Source: Macrostomum lignano | Lineage: Eukaryota | NCBI GenBank assembly: GCA_002269645.1 | Contig: NIVC01002059.1 | Location: forward strand, 1-64,000 | Length of the DNA: 64,000 bases | Direction of reading: 5' to 3' | Part shown: positions 25,717 through 36,928 of the stretch, piece after piece | How positions within the stretch are numbered: the stretch's first letter is position 1 | Layout: every line of letters begins with the position of its first letter | Made by a program: the position numbers and the translations under genes | The notes under the pieces: model-generated | Databases searched by the model: none | What the model saw: the letters and a program-made list of their open reading frames with translations, nothing else | Told to the model about the DNA's origin: nothing

Positions 25717-26875
25717 ACTGTAGTAAGTCCTCCGATATGAGTAATAAACTCAGCGGGCATCGAGAAAGCTATCAAAGAGCAGAGACCCAGCGGTAGGTTC
25801 TCTAGCTCCCAGAGCCGAGTGAAAGTTTTTATTGGCTTTGTAGTTTACCGAGGTCCCGATCAATAGCCGTATAAATTTTTAATGCTCGTGAGCCGCCCAA
25901 GTGGATTGCCTGCGACCTGACTGCTCTGTGGCTCAGCTGTTTAACCGTGCAGGCCACTTTGGTTCGACTGGTCAGGTGATCGTCTAGCATTGAATTGGCA
26001 GCCTGACATGAAACACGAGCTGTTTTGGTCTTTGCTGGCTTCCCACATGGCCTCTTGAGCAATGCAGTCCATAGTTACCCTACGGGAATTTATTTCAAGC
26101 CCAGATTTTGCAGATCTCTAATCAAATCAAATAAGGATTTGCGTAGGATACATAGGAAAAGCTGTAATCTCACCTGGTAGTATTCAAAATCAAAATCGTC
26201 AATCTTACTGGCAGGCAGGTGAAAAATTCATGATTACAAAAATTCCTTGAAATAAACGCTACTTACTACTCAGTGGCCATATCAATAAGTAGAGTAAAAT
26301 GCGTACGATTTGTCCAAATTTTATATTGAAGCGAATCAGTCTCGCTCAGCCTTGGGCGCACAGAATCCCGCATCCTCGCGGGATTTGCAGCCTCTCAGAT
26401 GAAGCTCAATTCTTTCAATATCCCAATTCTCATCATTTGGCCGACGCCTAATGGGAGAAATATAAAAGAAATGAGCTCCCTGTTCCTGAGCCTGAGACGG
26501 CTTGTCAATGGGCCGAATATCTCATTAGCAACTCGCTGGAAGAATCTGGCAAAGAACTGGCTCGACCAGTGCAGCCTGGCGCCCCCAGGGATGCTGGATA
26601 ATCGACATCTTCTGGAAGGCGCGCCGCAGCGCGTCGGCCTCAGGGGAAATGCGTTTTTTGCGCACTGATCAGGCGGAGACGACAGTCTCGTAAAGTATTG
26701 CAGAGTATTTCGAGGAGTAGAGCAGAGAAAGTTAGAATAGAGCATTTCACTGAAGCTAGAGTTGAGTGGGGTAGAGTGGAGGACTAGGGTAGATGGTAGA
26801 GATGGTTAGAGTAGACCGGAAAAATGTAGTAAAGTAGAGTCACTTCTCTACCTGCTACTTGACTGCCAATGATTT

Positions 26876-27494
26876 CGGGTTGAGGTTAGGGTTTAGGGTT
26901 TAGGTTACGGTTTAGGTTACGGTTTAGGTTACGGTTTAGGTTTGGGTTTGAGTTACAGTTTAGGTTGGGGTTTAGGGTTTATGTTAGGGTTTAGGGTTTA
27001 GGTTAGGGTTTAGGGTTTAGGTTACGGTTTAGGGTTTAGGTTACGGTTTAGGTTACGGTTTAGGTTTGGGTTTAGGGTTTATGTTAGGGTTTAGGGTTTA
27101 GGTTAGGGTTTAGGGTTTAGGTTAGGGTTTAGGTTAGGGTTTAGGTTACGGTTTAGGTTACGGTTTAGGTTACGGTTTAGGTTACGGTTTAGGTTACAGT
27201 TTAGGTTACGGTTTAGGTTACGGTTTAGGTTACGGTTTAGGTTTGGGTTTGGGTTGCAGTTTAGGTTGGGGTTTAGGGTTTAGGTTGAGATTTAGGTTTT
27301 AGGTTGGGGTTTAGGGTTTAGGTTGGGGTTTAGGTAGTTCAGGTTGGGTTTTAGGTTAGGGTTTAGGGTTTAGGTTAGGATTTAGGTTAGGGTTTAAGCT
27401 TTGATTTAGGTTTGGGTTTAGGTTACGGTTTAGTTTAGGGTTAAGGGTTTAGGTTCATGTTAAGGTTAGGGTTTAGTTTATGGTTTAAGTTAGA
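26876..27494 (+). repeat. Interstitial telomere-like array (TTAGGG/TTTAGGG/TTTAGG/TTACGG variants)
   Basis: G-rich on the + strand and degenerate toward the right end. Confidence 0.9.
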
Positions 27495-27811
27495 GTCTCG
27501 AAATTAAAAATCGTGGGAATCTATGCAAATGCTCGAATACTTCTTAGCCCCTGATTGGCTCATGCAGGAGGCCAAATGATCGTGTGGGGAGGCTACCATT
27601 AAAGACTCGGATCTCTATCTGTTTGCTTGCCCGAGACGCCCAATGCGACTGCTCTTGGAAAAATATAATAATTGACAGGCAGTCTGCAGATTTTCGAAGC
27701 GACTTTAAAAGGTAGAGGTTTCTTTTTCCTTTAATAACAACAGTAACAATAAGAAAAGTTAATATTTTATTAAACTATCGTTAATGAGGTTTTCTTAATT
27801 GAAATATATTA

Positions 27812-28235
27812 TAGAGTGGAGAGAGTAGAGTAGAGTAGAGTAGAGTAGAGTAGAGTAGAGTAGAGTAGAGTAGAGTAGAGTAGAGTAGAGTAGAGTAGAG
27901 TAGAGTAGAGTAAAGTAGAGTAGAGTAGAGTAGAGTAGAGTAGAGTCGAATGGAGTAGAGTAGAGTAGAGTAGAGTCGAATGGAGTAGAGTAGAGTAGAT
28001 TAGAGTAGAGTCGAATGGAGTAGATTAGAGTAGAGTAGAGTAGAGTAGAGTAGAGTCGAATGGAGTAGATTAGAGTAGAGTAGAGTAAAGTAGAGTAGAG
28101 TAGAGTAGAGTAGAGTAGAGTAGAGTAGAGTAGAGTAGAGTAGAGTAGAGTAGAGTAGAGTAGAGTAGAGTAGAGTAGAGTAGAGTAGAGTAGAGTAGAG
28201 TAAAGTAGAGTAGAGTAGAGTAGAGTAAAGTAGAA
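27812..28235. repeat. (AGAGT)n pentanucleotide microsatellite
   Basis: Direct reading. Confidence 0.97.
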
Positions 28236-28983
28236 TACGTAGGGTCTCGTAGGGTAGAATAGAGCAGGAAAGAGAAGGGTCAATCAGTTGGGTAGAATAT
28301 AGAGTAGAGTTGATTACAGTGCAATCTTTTGAATGGACTTTCAGGAAAAATTCTCAACGAGTTCCCCTTATAAAATAACTTCTTAGTGTACTTTTTTCGA
28401 ACTAGCTCTTAATGCTAACATTATTTAAGCAGAAATCTATAACATCTAAGTTAAGTCTTCGAATGGCAGGTCGGTAGCAAAGAAGAATTAAAGGCTTGAA
28501 ATTTTAAGCACTTCAGCCGTTCAGTGACAGATTAATTGATTGAAATTTCGAGGACTTCTCACGAGAAAGCTCAAATAGCCGTCTACTCAGCCATATAGGT
28601 CTTGCAATTTCATCATGTTTTACAGCGTAAAGTTTGCAGTTAAACTACTGAAAGTAGGCAAAAAGTGTCAAAAAAACTTTTAATGATAGAGGCGCCTTAA
28701 TTATATAGACTTATTTTCTGATGGCCGCGAGGTTCCGCCATGGCGCCATGAGTTATATAGTTCCAGTGCATTTCTGCAGCTTTATTGATCGAAAAGTGAG
28801 AGGGGAACCATCGGAATTAGCGACTTCCGCTGCTCCGGACTGGACCGGACAGGGCGCTCAGCTTTGCTGCTCAAGCCGCCTCGCCTGATTCCTAAACTGC
28901 TCGCCATCTGCACACAAAAATACGAATATAAAAACTCATCCAGCCTGCCCGATTCTGTAGCCGACGGCATCCCCGAAGTCACC

Positions 28984-29047
28984 ATGCCGACCTCTGCCGC
29001 CATGGACCCGCAGATGCGCTGGGGCCAGCTGTTCCGCCGGCCGAAGC

Positions 29048-29098
<51 letters not shown>

Positions 29099-30033
29099 AC
29101 GGCAAGGCTGACGCCAAGAACAGCCGGAAGTCCGCGTTTAGCCTGGGTCGGCTTCTGTCCCGGCGCCGCAGCCACCGAGTCTCAGCCGCCGAGCATGCCA
29201 TTACCGCCGATGACGCTGTCGATTACAGCAGCGGCAGCTCCGATGAAGGCCTGCCAGCTTCGGCTTCGTCGCTGGAGGATCAGCAGCAGCTGGTGACGGC
29301 CTTCTGTCCGCACTGTCAAGGCGTTGTGCTGCCGATTTTTCAACCGCAGCCGTCGCAGCCACCGTCAAAGGTTCGCCGCCTGCGCCGGCAACACCGCTGG
29401 GAGGACGGCGGGCCGGCTCTGGACTGCTCAGCTGCCGAAGACGACAACGACCGACGCCGAGAAATTCATCGGCGACGGAATCCACGCGGTCAGCCGCGGA
29501 GCGTCGGCAGCGACGTCTGGAGCGGCAGCTCCGTCCTGGAGTTCTACGACGAGGGAGACGACGCCGACTCTTTGCGGCTGTTCTCATCGACCTCGTCGGT
29601 TCGCGGCGACAACGGAGGAAGCGGCGGCGATGGTAGTGCGTCCACAGTGTCCAGCAGCCTCCGACTGACGGAGCTGGTCGGGTCCACGGCGACGTCGACT
29701 GCTTCGATTGCCGCCGACAGCGAGGAGGGCACGTCGGCGGAGATTTGCCGCATCGAGCAGTCTCTGGAGGCCCGCATTCGCCAGCTGACTGAGATTGGAG
29801 CGCCGTCGCAAATGATGCAGCAGAAGCCAACGACAGAATCGTATCGGGTCGCAGACGCCGACGAGATGGCCCGCTGCCGCAAGGCGATGATGCTGGCCGC
29901 TCTGTCCGCCGTGCGGCAGCAGCTGGACGAGCAGATGAACCGTTTGGAGCGGAGCTACAGTCAGGTGGTCGACTTGCAGATGCAGCGCAGCCGCCGGCTG
30001 GTTGCCGAGGGCCAGACCATTGTGAACCGCTGA
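28984..30033 (+). CDS. Uncharacterised single-exon protein (~349 aa) with a poly-Ala tract, Ser/acidic low-complexity middle and C-terminal coiled coil
   Basis: Long GC-rich ORF (open from 28864). ATG at 28984 (accATG) and at 29002 (gccgccATGG). (GCC)n at 29047-29095. C-terminus LSAVRQQLDEQMNRLERSY. No family recognised. Confidence 0.7.
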
Positions 30034-30075
30034 TGCACCTCGCGTCAGTGGTGCAGACCTTGATTAAATTTCTGA

Positions 30076-32321
30076 CAACTCCGTGTCCGAATCTGGTCAC
30101 TCTGTGTGAATCTGATTACTCTGTGTCCGAATCTAGTCACTCTGTGTCCGAATCTGATGACCCTGTGTCCGAACTGATCACTTTGTGTCCGAATCTAGTC
30201 ACTTTGTGTGAATCTGATTACTCTGTGTCCGAATCTGATCACTCTGTGTCCGAATCTGATCACTATGTGTCCGAATCTGATCACTATGTGTCCGAATCTG
30301 ATCACTCTGTGTCCGAATCTGCTCACTATGTGTCCGAATCTGATCACTTTGTGTCCGAATCTGGTCACTCTGTATCCGAATCTGATGACCCTGTGTCCGA
30401 ACTGATCACTATGTGTCCGAATCTGGTCACTCTGTGTGAATCTGATTACTCTGTGTCCGAATCTAGTCACTCTGTGTCCGAATCTGATGACCCTGTGTCC
30501 GAACTGATCACTTTGTGTCCGAATCTAGTCACTTTGTGTGAATCTGATTACTCCGTGTCCGAATCTGATCACTCTGTGTCCGAATCTGATCACTCTGTGT
30601 CCGAATCTGATCACTTTGTGTCCGAATCTGGTCACTCTGTGTCCGAATCTGATCACTTTGTGTCCGAATCTAGTCACTCTGTGTCCGAATCTGATCACTC
30701 TGTGTCCGAATCTGATCACTCTGTGTCCGAAGCTGATCACTCTGTGTCCGAATCTGATTACTCTGTGTCCGAATCTGGTCACTCTGTGTGAATCTGATTA
30801 CTCTGTGTCCGAATCTGATCACTATGTGTCTGAATCTGATCACTATGTGTCCGAATCTGATCACTGTGTCCGAATCTGATCACTCTGTGTCCGAATCTGA
30901 TCACTTTGTGTCCGAATCTGGTCACTCTGTGTCCGAATCTGATCACTCTGTGTCCGAATCTGATCACTCTGTGTCCGAAGCTGATCACTCTGTGTCCGAA
31001 TCTGATCACTCTGTGTCCGAATCTGGTCACTCTGTGTGAATCTGATTACTCCGCGTCCGAATCTGGTCACTCTGTGTGAATCTGATTACTCTGTGTCCGA
31101 ATCTGATCACTATGTGTCCGAATCTGATCACTGTGTCCGAATCTGATCACTCTGTGTCCGAATCTGATCACTTTGTGTCCGAATCTGGTCACTCTGTGTC
31201 CGAATCTGATCACTCTGTGTCCGAATCTGATCACTCTGTGTCCGAAGCTGATCACTCTGTGTCCGAATCTGATCACTCTGTGTCCGAATCTGGTCACTCT
31301 GTGTGAATCTGATTACTCCGTGTCCGAATCTGGTCACTCTGTGTGAATCTGATTACTCTGTGTCCGAATCTGATCACTATGTGTCCGAATCTGATCACTC
31401 TGTGTCCGAATCTGATCACTGTGTCCGAATCTGATCACTCTGTGTCCGAATCTGATCACTATGTGTCCGAATCTGATCACTATGTGTCCGAATCTGATCA
31501 CTGTGTCCGAATCTGATCACTCTGTGTCCGAATCTGATCACTCTGTGTACGAATCTGGTCACTCTGTGTCCGAATCTGATTACTCTGTGTCCGAATCTGG
31601 TCACTCTGTGTGAATCTGATTACTCTGTGTCCGAATCTAGTCACTCTGTGTCCGAATCTGATGACCCTGTGTCCGAATCTGATGACCCTGTGTCCGAACT
31701 GATCACTTTGTGTCCGAATCTAGTCACTTTGTGTGAATCTGATTACTCCGTGTCCGAATCTGATCACTCTGTGTCCGAATCTGATCACTATGTGTCCGAA
31801 TCTGATCACTATGTGTCCGAATCTGGTCACTCTGTGTCCGAATCTGCTCACTATGTGTCCGAATCTGATCACTATGTGTCCGAATCTGATCACTATGTGT
31901 CCGAATCTGATCACTGTGTCCGAATCTGATCACTATGTGTCTGAATCTGATCACTATGTGTCCGAATCTGATCACTGTGTCCGAATCTGATCACTCTGTG
32001 TCCGAATCTGATCACTTTGTGTCCGAATCTGGTCACTCTGTGTCCGAATCTGATCACTCTGTGTCCGAATCTGATCACTCTGTGTCCGAAGCTGATCACT
32101 CTGTGTCCGAATCTGATCACTCTGTGTCCGAATCTGGTCACTCTGTGTGAATCTGATTACTCCGTGTCCGAATCTGGTCACTCTGTGTGAATCTGATCAC
32201 TATGTGTCCGAATCTGATCACTATGTGTCCGAATCTGATCACTGTGTCCGAATCTGATCACTCTGTGTCCGAATCTGATCACTATGTGTCCGAATCTGAT
32301 CACTGTGACCGAATCTGATTC
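30076..32321. repeat. 20-22-bp satellite (TGTGTCCGAATCTGATCACTCT-type) with higher-order blocks, ~100 units
   Basis: Direct reading. It explains the ESDHSV/CPNLITL ORFs. Confidence 0.98.
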
Positions 32322-32774
32322 ACTTAAATCGGAATGCACTTAAACAAAAATAAGGAATGCACTTATTTTTGTTTGCACAACACCTACGCATAAATATTAT
32401 TAGTGCTATTTAGATGTAGCATATGTAGTACAGATGTTATGCATGTAGCATCAGAAATTTCATTATTTTTACTCTACCACTAATAACTTATTTAGACATG
32501 GCAACGATTTTTCAAATTTCCGGTTTCGATGCTTTTTAGAATTTTCGTTTTTTCGGAATTTCACGTTGCTTGGACGACTTACCACTTCATTGGTTATTAT
32601 TTGATGCACTTTTCAATGTTTTAGTTAGTCTGTACTTAAAAATATTATTACCAACTTCTTAAATATTTTTGGAAATTTCCATGTCATCACGGCTTTAAAG
32701 TTTCAAAACGATACCAGAGATCTTTTTTCATAATTTGACCCCAGTGTCCAAGCCGGAGCATTGTGCTTTCCTTT

Positions 32775-32840
32775 CCAAGACGGAATCGAACCAGGGGTCG
32801 CTGCGCGAGAGTCAGACGGTTCACCGCCAGCCGCTCTGCT
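32775..32840 (-). other. tRNA(Glu)-like SINE head remnant
   Basis: The minus strand reads GACTCTCGCGCAGCGACCCCTGGTTCGATTCC (B-box GGTTCGATTCC). No intact cloverleaf. Confidence 0.4.
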
Positions 32841-33177
32841 CCCAATTAAAAAAGTAACCCTGCTGGCTACCGGAAACAGATCACTCAGCCCGCATTTTTT
32901 TAGAAACAAAACTGCATCAACGAAATGAACATCGATTTGTATTTATTTTTTAGACAATATTTAATTAACTTGCTATTGCGACAATAGACATACGGTTCAC
33001 AAAACTATTAGTAATAATATAATAGCAATGGATCATTAGGAGTTAAGCATGCGTGACACTGCAATCAGTAAACAGACAAGTAGCAAAACAACCTATTTCT
33101 ACTACTGATTAAAAGTAGTGTCGCAAGGAAGCAAAGATAAATCTATAAAGATATGAAGCTAGAGAGAGGTTTGCATC

Positions 33178-36100
33178 TCAAACAACTGTGCCGCTGGCTG
33201 AGGAGTGGCCGAGAATGGTGAGGTGGTCCCGTCCGCCATGGTCTGATGCTGACATCGCCGCTCTGTCATCAGTGAGACTGCGGTGCACCTGCAGGCGATG
33301 GGAGCAAGGCATTTGATGCCTCTTCGAATCCCAATACCCGAATCCCAATGTCCGAGTCGTAGTGCCCAAATCCCAATACCTCAATCCCAATACCCCAATC
33401 CCAATACCCCAATCCCAATACCCCAATCCCAAAACCCCAATCCCAAAACCCCAATGCCAATACCCCAATCCCAATACCCCAATCCCAATACCTCAATCCC
33501 AATACCCCAATCCCAATACCCGAATTCCAATGTCCGCAGTGCTACCAATCTGAGTTTCTCACCAGTCCAATCGCGGCTGAAGCCAGCAGCACCATGGCGA
33601 AGGCGCTGTACAAGACTTCGAAGCCCAGCCAGCCCAGCAGGAGGCCCGCGTACTGACTGCCGCAGAACATGCCCAGGTTGAAAGCACCGGTGTACAGACC
33701 ATTCACGGCTCCGTACTCGGCTGTGAACAGCCGGTCAGCCAGGTAGTTTAACGAGGGAAAACACGTGCAGGTGAACAGAGCCAGGGCGATGCGGAGTACC
33801 TGACAATGTTTTTGTGAAAAAAATCTACTGAGGGCAGTTGGTAACTACTGAGGGGAGCTGGTAACTACAGAGAAGAGCTGGTAACTACTGAGAAGAGCTG
33901 GTTACTACTGAGGAGAGCTGGTAACTACTGAGGGGAGCTGGTAACTACTGAGGGAGCTGGTAACTACAGAGGAGAGCTGGTAACTACAGATGAGAGCTGG
34001 TAACTACTGAGGAGAGCTAGTAACTACTGAGAAGAGCTGGTAACTACAGAGGAGAGCTGGTTACTACTGAGGGGAGCTGGTTACTACTGAGGGGAGCTGG
34101 TTACTACCATAGATACTATAAACAGTATCTATATTGTTTATAGTATCTGTGGTTACTACTGAGGGGAGCTGGTTACTACCATAGATACTATAAACAGTAT
34201 CTATATTGTTTATAGTATCTGTGGTTACTACTGAGGAGAGCTGGTAGCTACTGAGGAGAGCTGGTAACTACTGAGGAGAGCTGGTAACTACTGAGGAGAG
34301 CTGGTAACTACTGAGGAGAGTTGGAAACTTCTGAGAAGAACTGAAAATCCTCAAGTTTCTCACTGATTCGGGCAGAGCAGCAAACCAGATGCTGCGGGTG
34401 GCGCCAACAACCGGGTACAGCAGCATGCCGATGCCGAATACAACCAGGCTGGGAAACAGGACGCGCCATCTGGCGAGCGGCCTGGCTGCCAGCCAGCCGG
34501 AGCAGGCGTACTGCACCCCGAACTGCAGGCAGGTGGAGGCCAGCGCCACCACGGCCATCTGCCAGAGCGAGCCGGCCAGAGTGTCCTGCATAAAGCTGGG
34601 CGCCGTGGTGAACACCGCGCCAAGTCCGAAGTGGATGAGGAAGTCGGCCATCAGGATGGTGCCGACGTACCTGTTGGTGGCGAGGCGCCACAAGGTGCGA
34701 GCTCCCACCGGAGTGGCTCTGCAATAGGTCAGTTGTTTTCTGAATGACTCTAGCGATTCTTATCGAGTTTCAGAGTCATTGCAGGCAACACAGGTAAAAT
34801 AGGAAACAAATGACTCTGAACAACTCTAAAACGACGAAGTATCACGGTACAAGTCGCCAAAAAATCGCCTAAGAGTCAATTTGAGGCGTTTTTTGTCTGC
34901 GACTATAAAACGACTTCTATAATGACTCTGGGGGCGTACGAGCATAGAATCGTATCTGAGTCGCTGTACAATCACTGAGTTGCGTCTAAAGCGCCTCTGC
35001 GCCACTTTATATGAATTGCGCTCGTAGAACCGCATTTCGTATTATTCTATATATTCTACTTGAGTTAGTAGAAAGTTAAGCGCTAACACGACGACTATTG
35101 GACGACTTTTTATTGACTATTTTACGATTCTACAATTCACGTGACTTTATAGACTTTTTTACAGCTCAAAAAACTGTAAATGCGACGGATTGGCGACTGT
35201 TGAGTCATGAGCGTATCATATGAGTCGCCAACTAGTCAATTGTTTCCAATGACTCTAGCGATTTTTGTCACTTGTCACTAAGTGATCGGCGAGTACTTGG
35301 AAAAAAGGAGATCACTGTTTGAGTCAAGTAGCTGTAGAGCCACTTCTGTTTCAACCGATAAAATCGCTCTAAATTTAAAGTTAAATCAACATTAAACGTC
35401 TTTTGATTTTATAGCAATGGCGATCGGAAAGAAGTGAGCAATCCTTCCAGTGTTTTACGGACAGAAACAGCGTCGAGTTTACCCGATCTCTTTCAAAGAC
35501 GCCGAAGTAGACTCTCTCCGCTTGGCTTTTTTCTCCTCCTCTTCGTTGTCTTTATCCCTGTTGTCTTTGTTGCCGCGGTCCCTCCTGGCATGAGAGGCGG
35601 AGTCCGCAGGCGTTCGGACTGCCAGCCGGAGCGCCATGTCCAGCAGGGAGAGGCCGCCGAGCACCAGGAACGGGCTGGCTCTGCCGAACCACTGCGCCAG
35701 GACGGCGCCAAACGGGAAGCCCATGATGAGGCCGAAGCTGAGGCCGCCAAAAGCTACGGCGGCTGCTTTTGCTCGTTCGACTTCGTCGCCGGCGAAGGTG
35801 GCAGCCAGCAGGGCGAGGCCGGCCACGGTGGACAAGCTAGAGGAGGCGGCCTGCAGCAGGCGGGCGATCAGAAGAATTGGATAGTTGGGACTGAAGCCGA
35901 ACATGCCAGCCGTTACCTGCATGGTGAGACGGGTTGGTCACTTATTTACGATGAGTAATTTACGTTGTTGGCTTCTGATGAAAGTACAATTTATGCCCTA
36001 TGCTGAAATATTCAATACTTGGGTATGGAAAGAGACCGTAAAAATGATTATGATTTATAATAATTGTTTGGAAAATCTTATAACTTGTTTTTTGTTTGAA

Positions 36101-36928
36101 TGTGTCATTACATATTAAAAAGCGTTAAGCAAACGGCTATTGTCACAGAGGCAAAAGAGAGGAGAGGAGAGAAAAGAGAGTAGATTAGAGAGGAGAGCTG
36201 AGAAGAGACATAAACCTTGAGCGGGGCCGTATTGTTATTGTGAAGTTTCAAAAGTCCGAAGGACGGATAGAGAGGCTTGGTGGGCCGCATATGGCTCGCG
36301 GGCCCGAGTTTGCCGACCCCTGCCCTACGCTATCTGGTTAGTTGTTGAACTGCTGAAACCTCGCTTCTTTTAGCCCTTAAAATCTATGCTGACTATAGTA
36401 ATCTTGTAACCTTGAAATCCTTCTTATTTACAGTTGCATGCTGCATAAAATAAGAACAAAGGGCATTACACGCACCAGGTACAGCCCGGAGCCAATCAGA
36501 AGTGGCGCCTTGTGCCCGACTCGATCTACCAGCGGCCCGACTAGCAGGTTACCGATAACCTCAACGCCCGGCTTCAGACCAAGCACGAGACCAATCTGTG
36601 GGGCGTACTTTGCGTACAGCTGGCGCTCGCTGCTGCCGTCGAGCTGGTCACTGGAACTGTTAGAAAAGTAGCCGATGCTGCTGACGCCGCCGCCGCCGCA
36701 GCGGAACAGACTCGATAGCCAGGCCGACCAAGTGATGCCGCCTTGTTGCAGCTGGTCGAGTTCAAATAGCATTGCCGGCAGCAGCGGCTCAAGCACAGTG
36801 ATGAGCATCACGTCTAGCATGAGCAGCAGGGTGACGACGGCCACGACTAGGCCTTTGGATTCGCGCAGCCGCGTCAACCGGCCAACATGCTGTGCGTCGG
36901 CACTGGCGGCGTCAATTTCTTGGTACAT
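33178..36928 (-). CDS. SLC18 (VMAT/VAChT-like) MFS vesicular transporter, 5 exons, 529 aa
   Basis: Exons 36928-36476, 35916-35483, 34718-34364, 33799-33563 and 33288-33178. All GT-AG, phases consistent, total 1590 nt. Motifs LLMLDVMLITVLEPLLP, GLKPGVEVIGNLLVGPLVDRVG, LLIARLLQ, RAKAAAVAFGGLSFG..GFPFG and YGAVNGL..AF.LG align with SLC18A. Confidence 0.9.
33326..33525. repeat. ~13-bp C-rich repeat (CCCAATACCCCAAT) in SLC18-like intron 4
   Basis: Direct reading. Confidence 0.9.
33826..34325. repeat. 20-bp minisatellite (GAGGAGAGCTGGTAACTACT) filling SLC18-like intron 3
   Basis: Direct reading. It is interrupted by two 44-bp inserts. Confidence 0.95.
34108..34223. mobile_element. Two tandem copies (34108-34151, 34180-34223) of a 44-bp P-element end remnant / excision footprint, each flanked by the 8-bp direct repeat GTTACTAC
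   Basis: CATAGATACTATAAACA + GTATCTATAT + TGTTTATAGTATCTGTG. The arms match the terminal 17 nt of the element at 59565-61609. Confidence 0.85.
36150..36322 (+). mobile_element. hAT (Charlie-like) MITE fragment, right end
   Basis: Ends GGGCCGCATATGGCTCGCGGGCCCGAGTTTGCCGACCCCTG, a typical Charlie-type terminus. It shares a GAGAG tract and the AAACCTT.AGCGGG.CCGTA..TGTGAAGTTTCA block with 62290-62489. Confidence 0.6.

Noticed and set aside
25929-25969. A-box/B-box-like pair
   Set aside because: Spacing is too short, with no cloverleaf or second copy.
26395-26745. ORFs on both strands
   Set aside because: No motif recognised in any frame.
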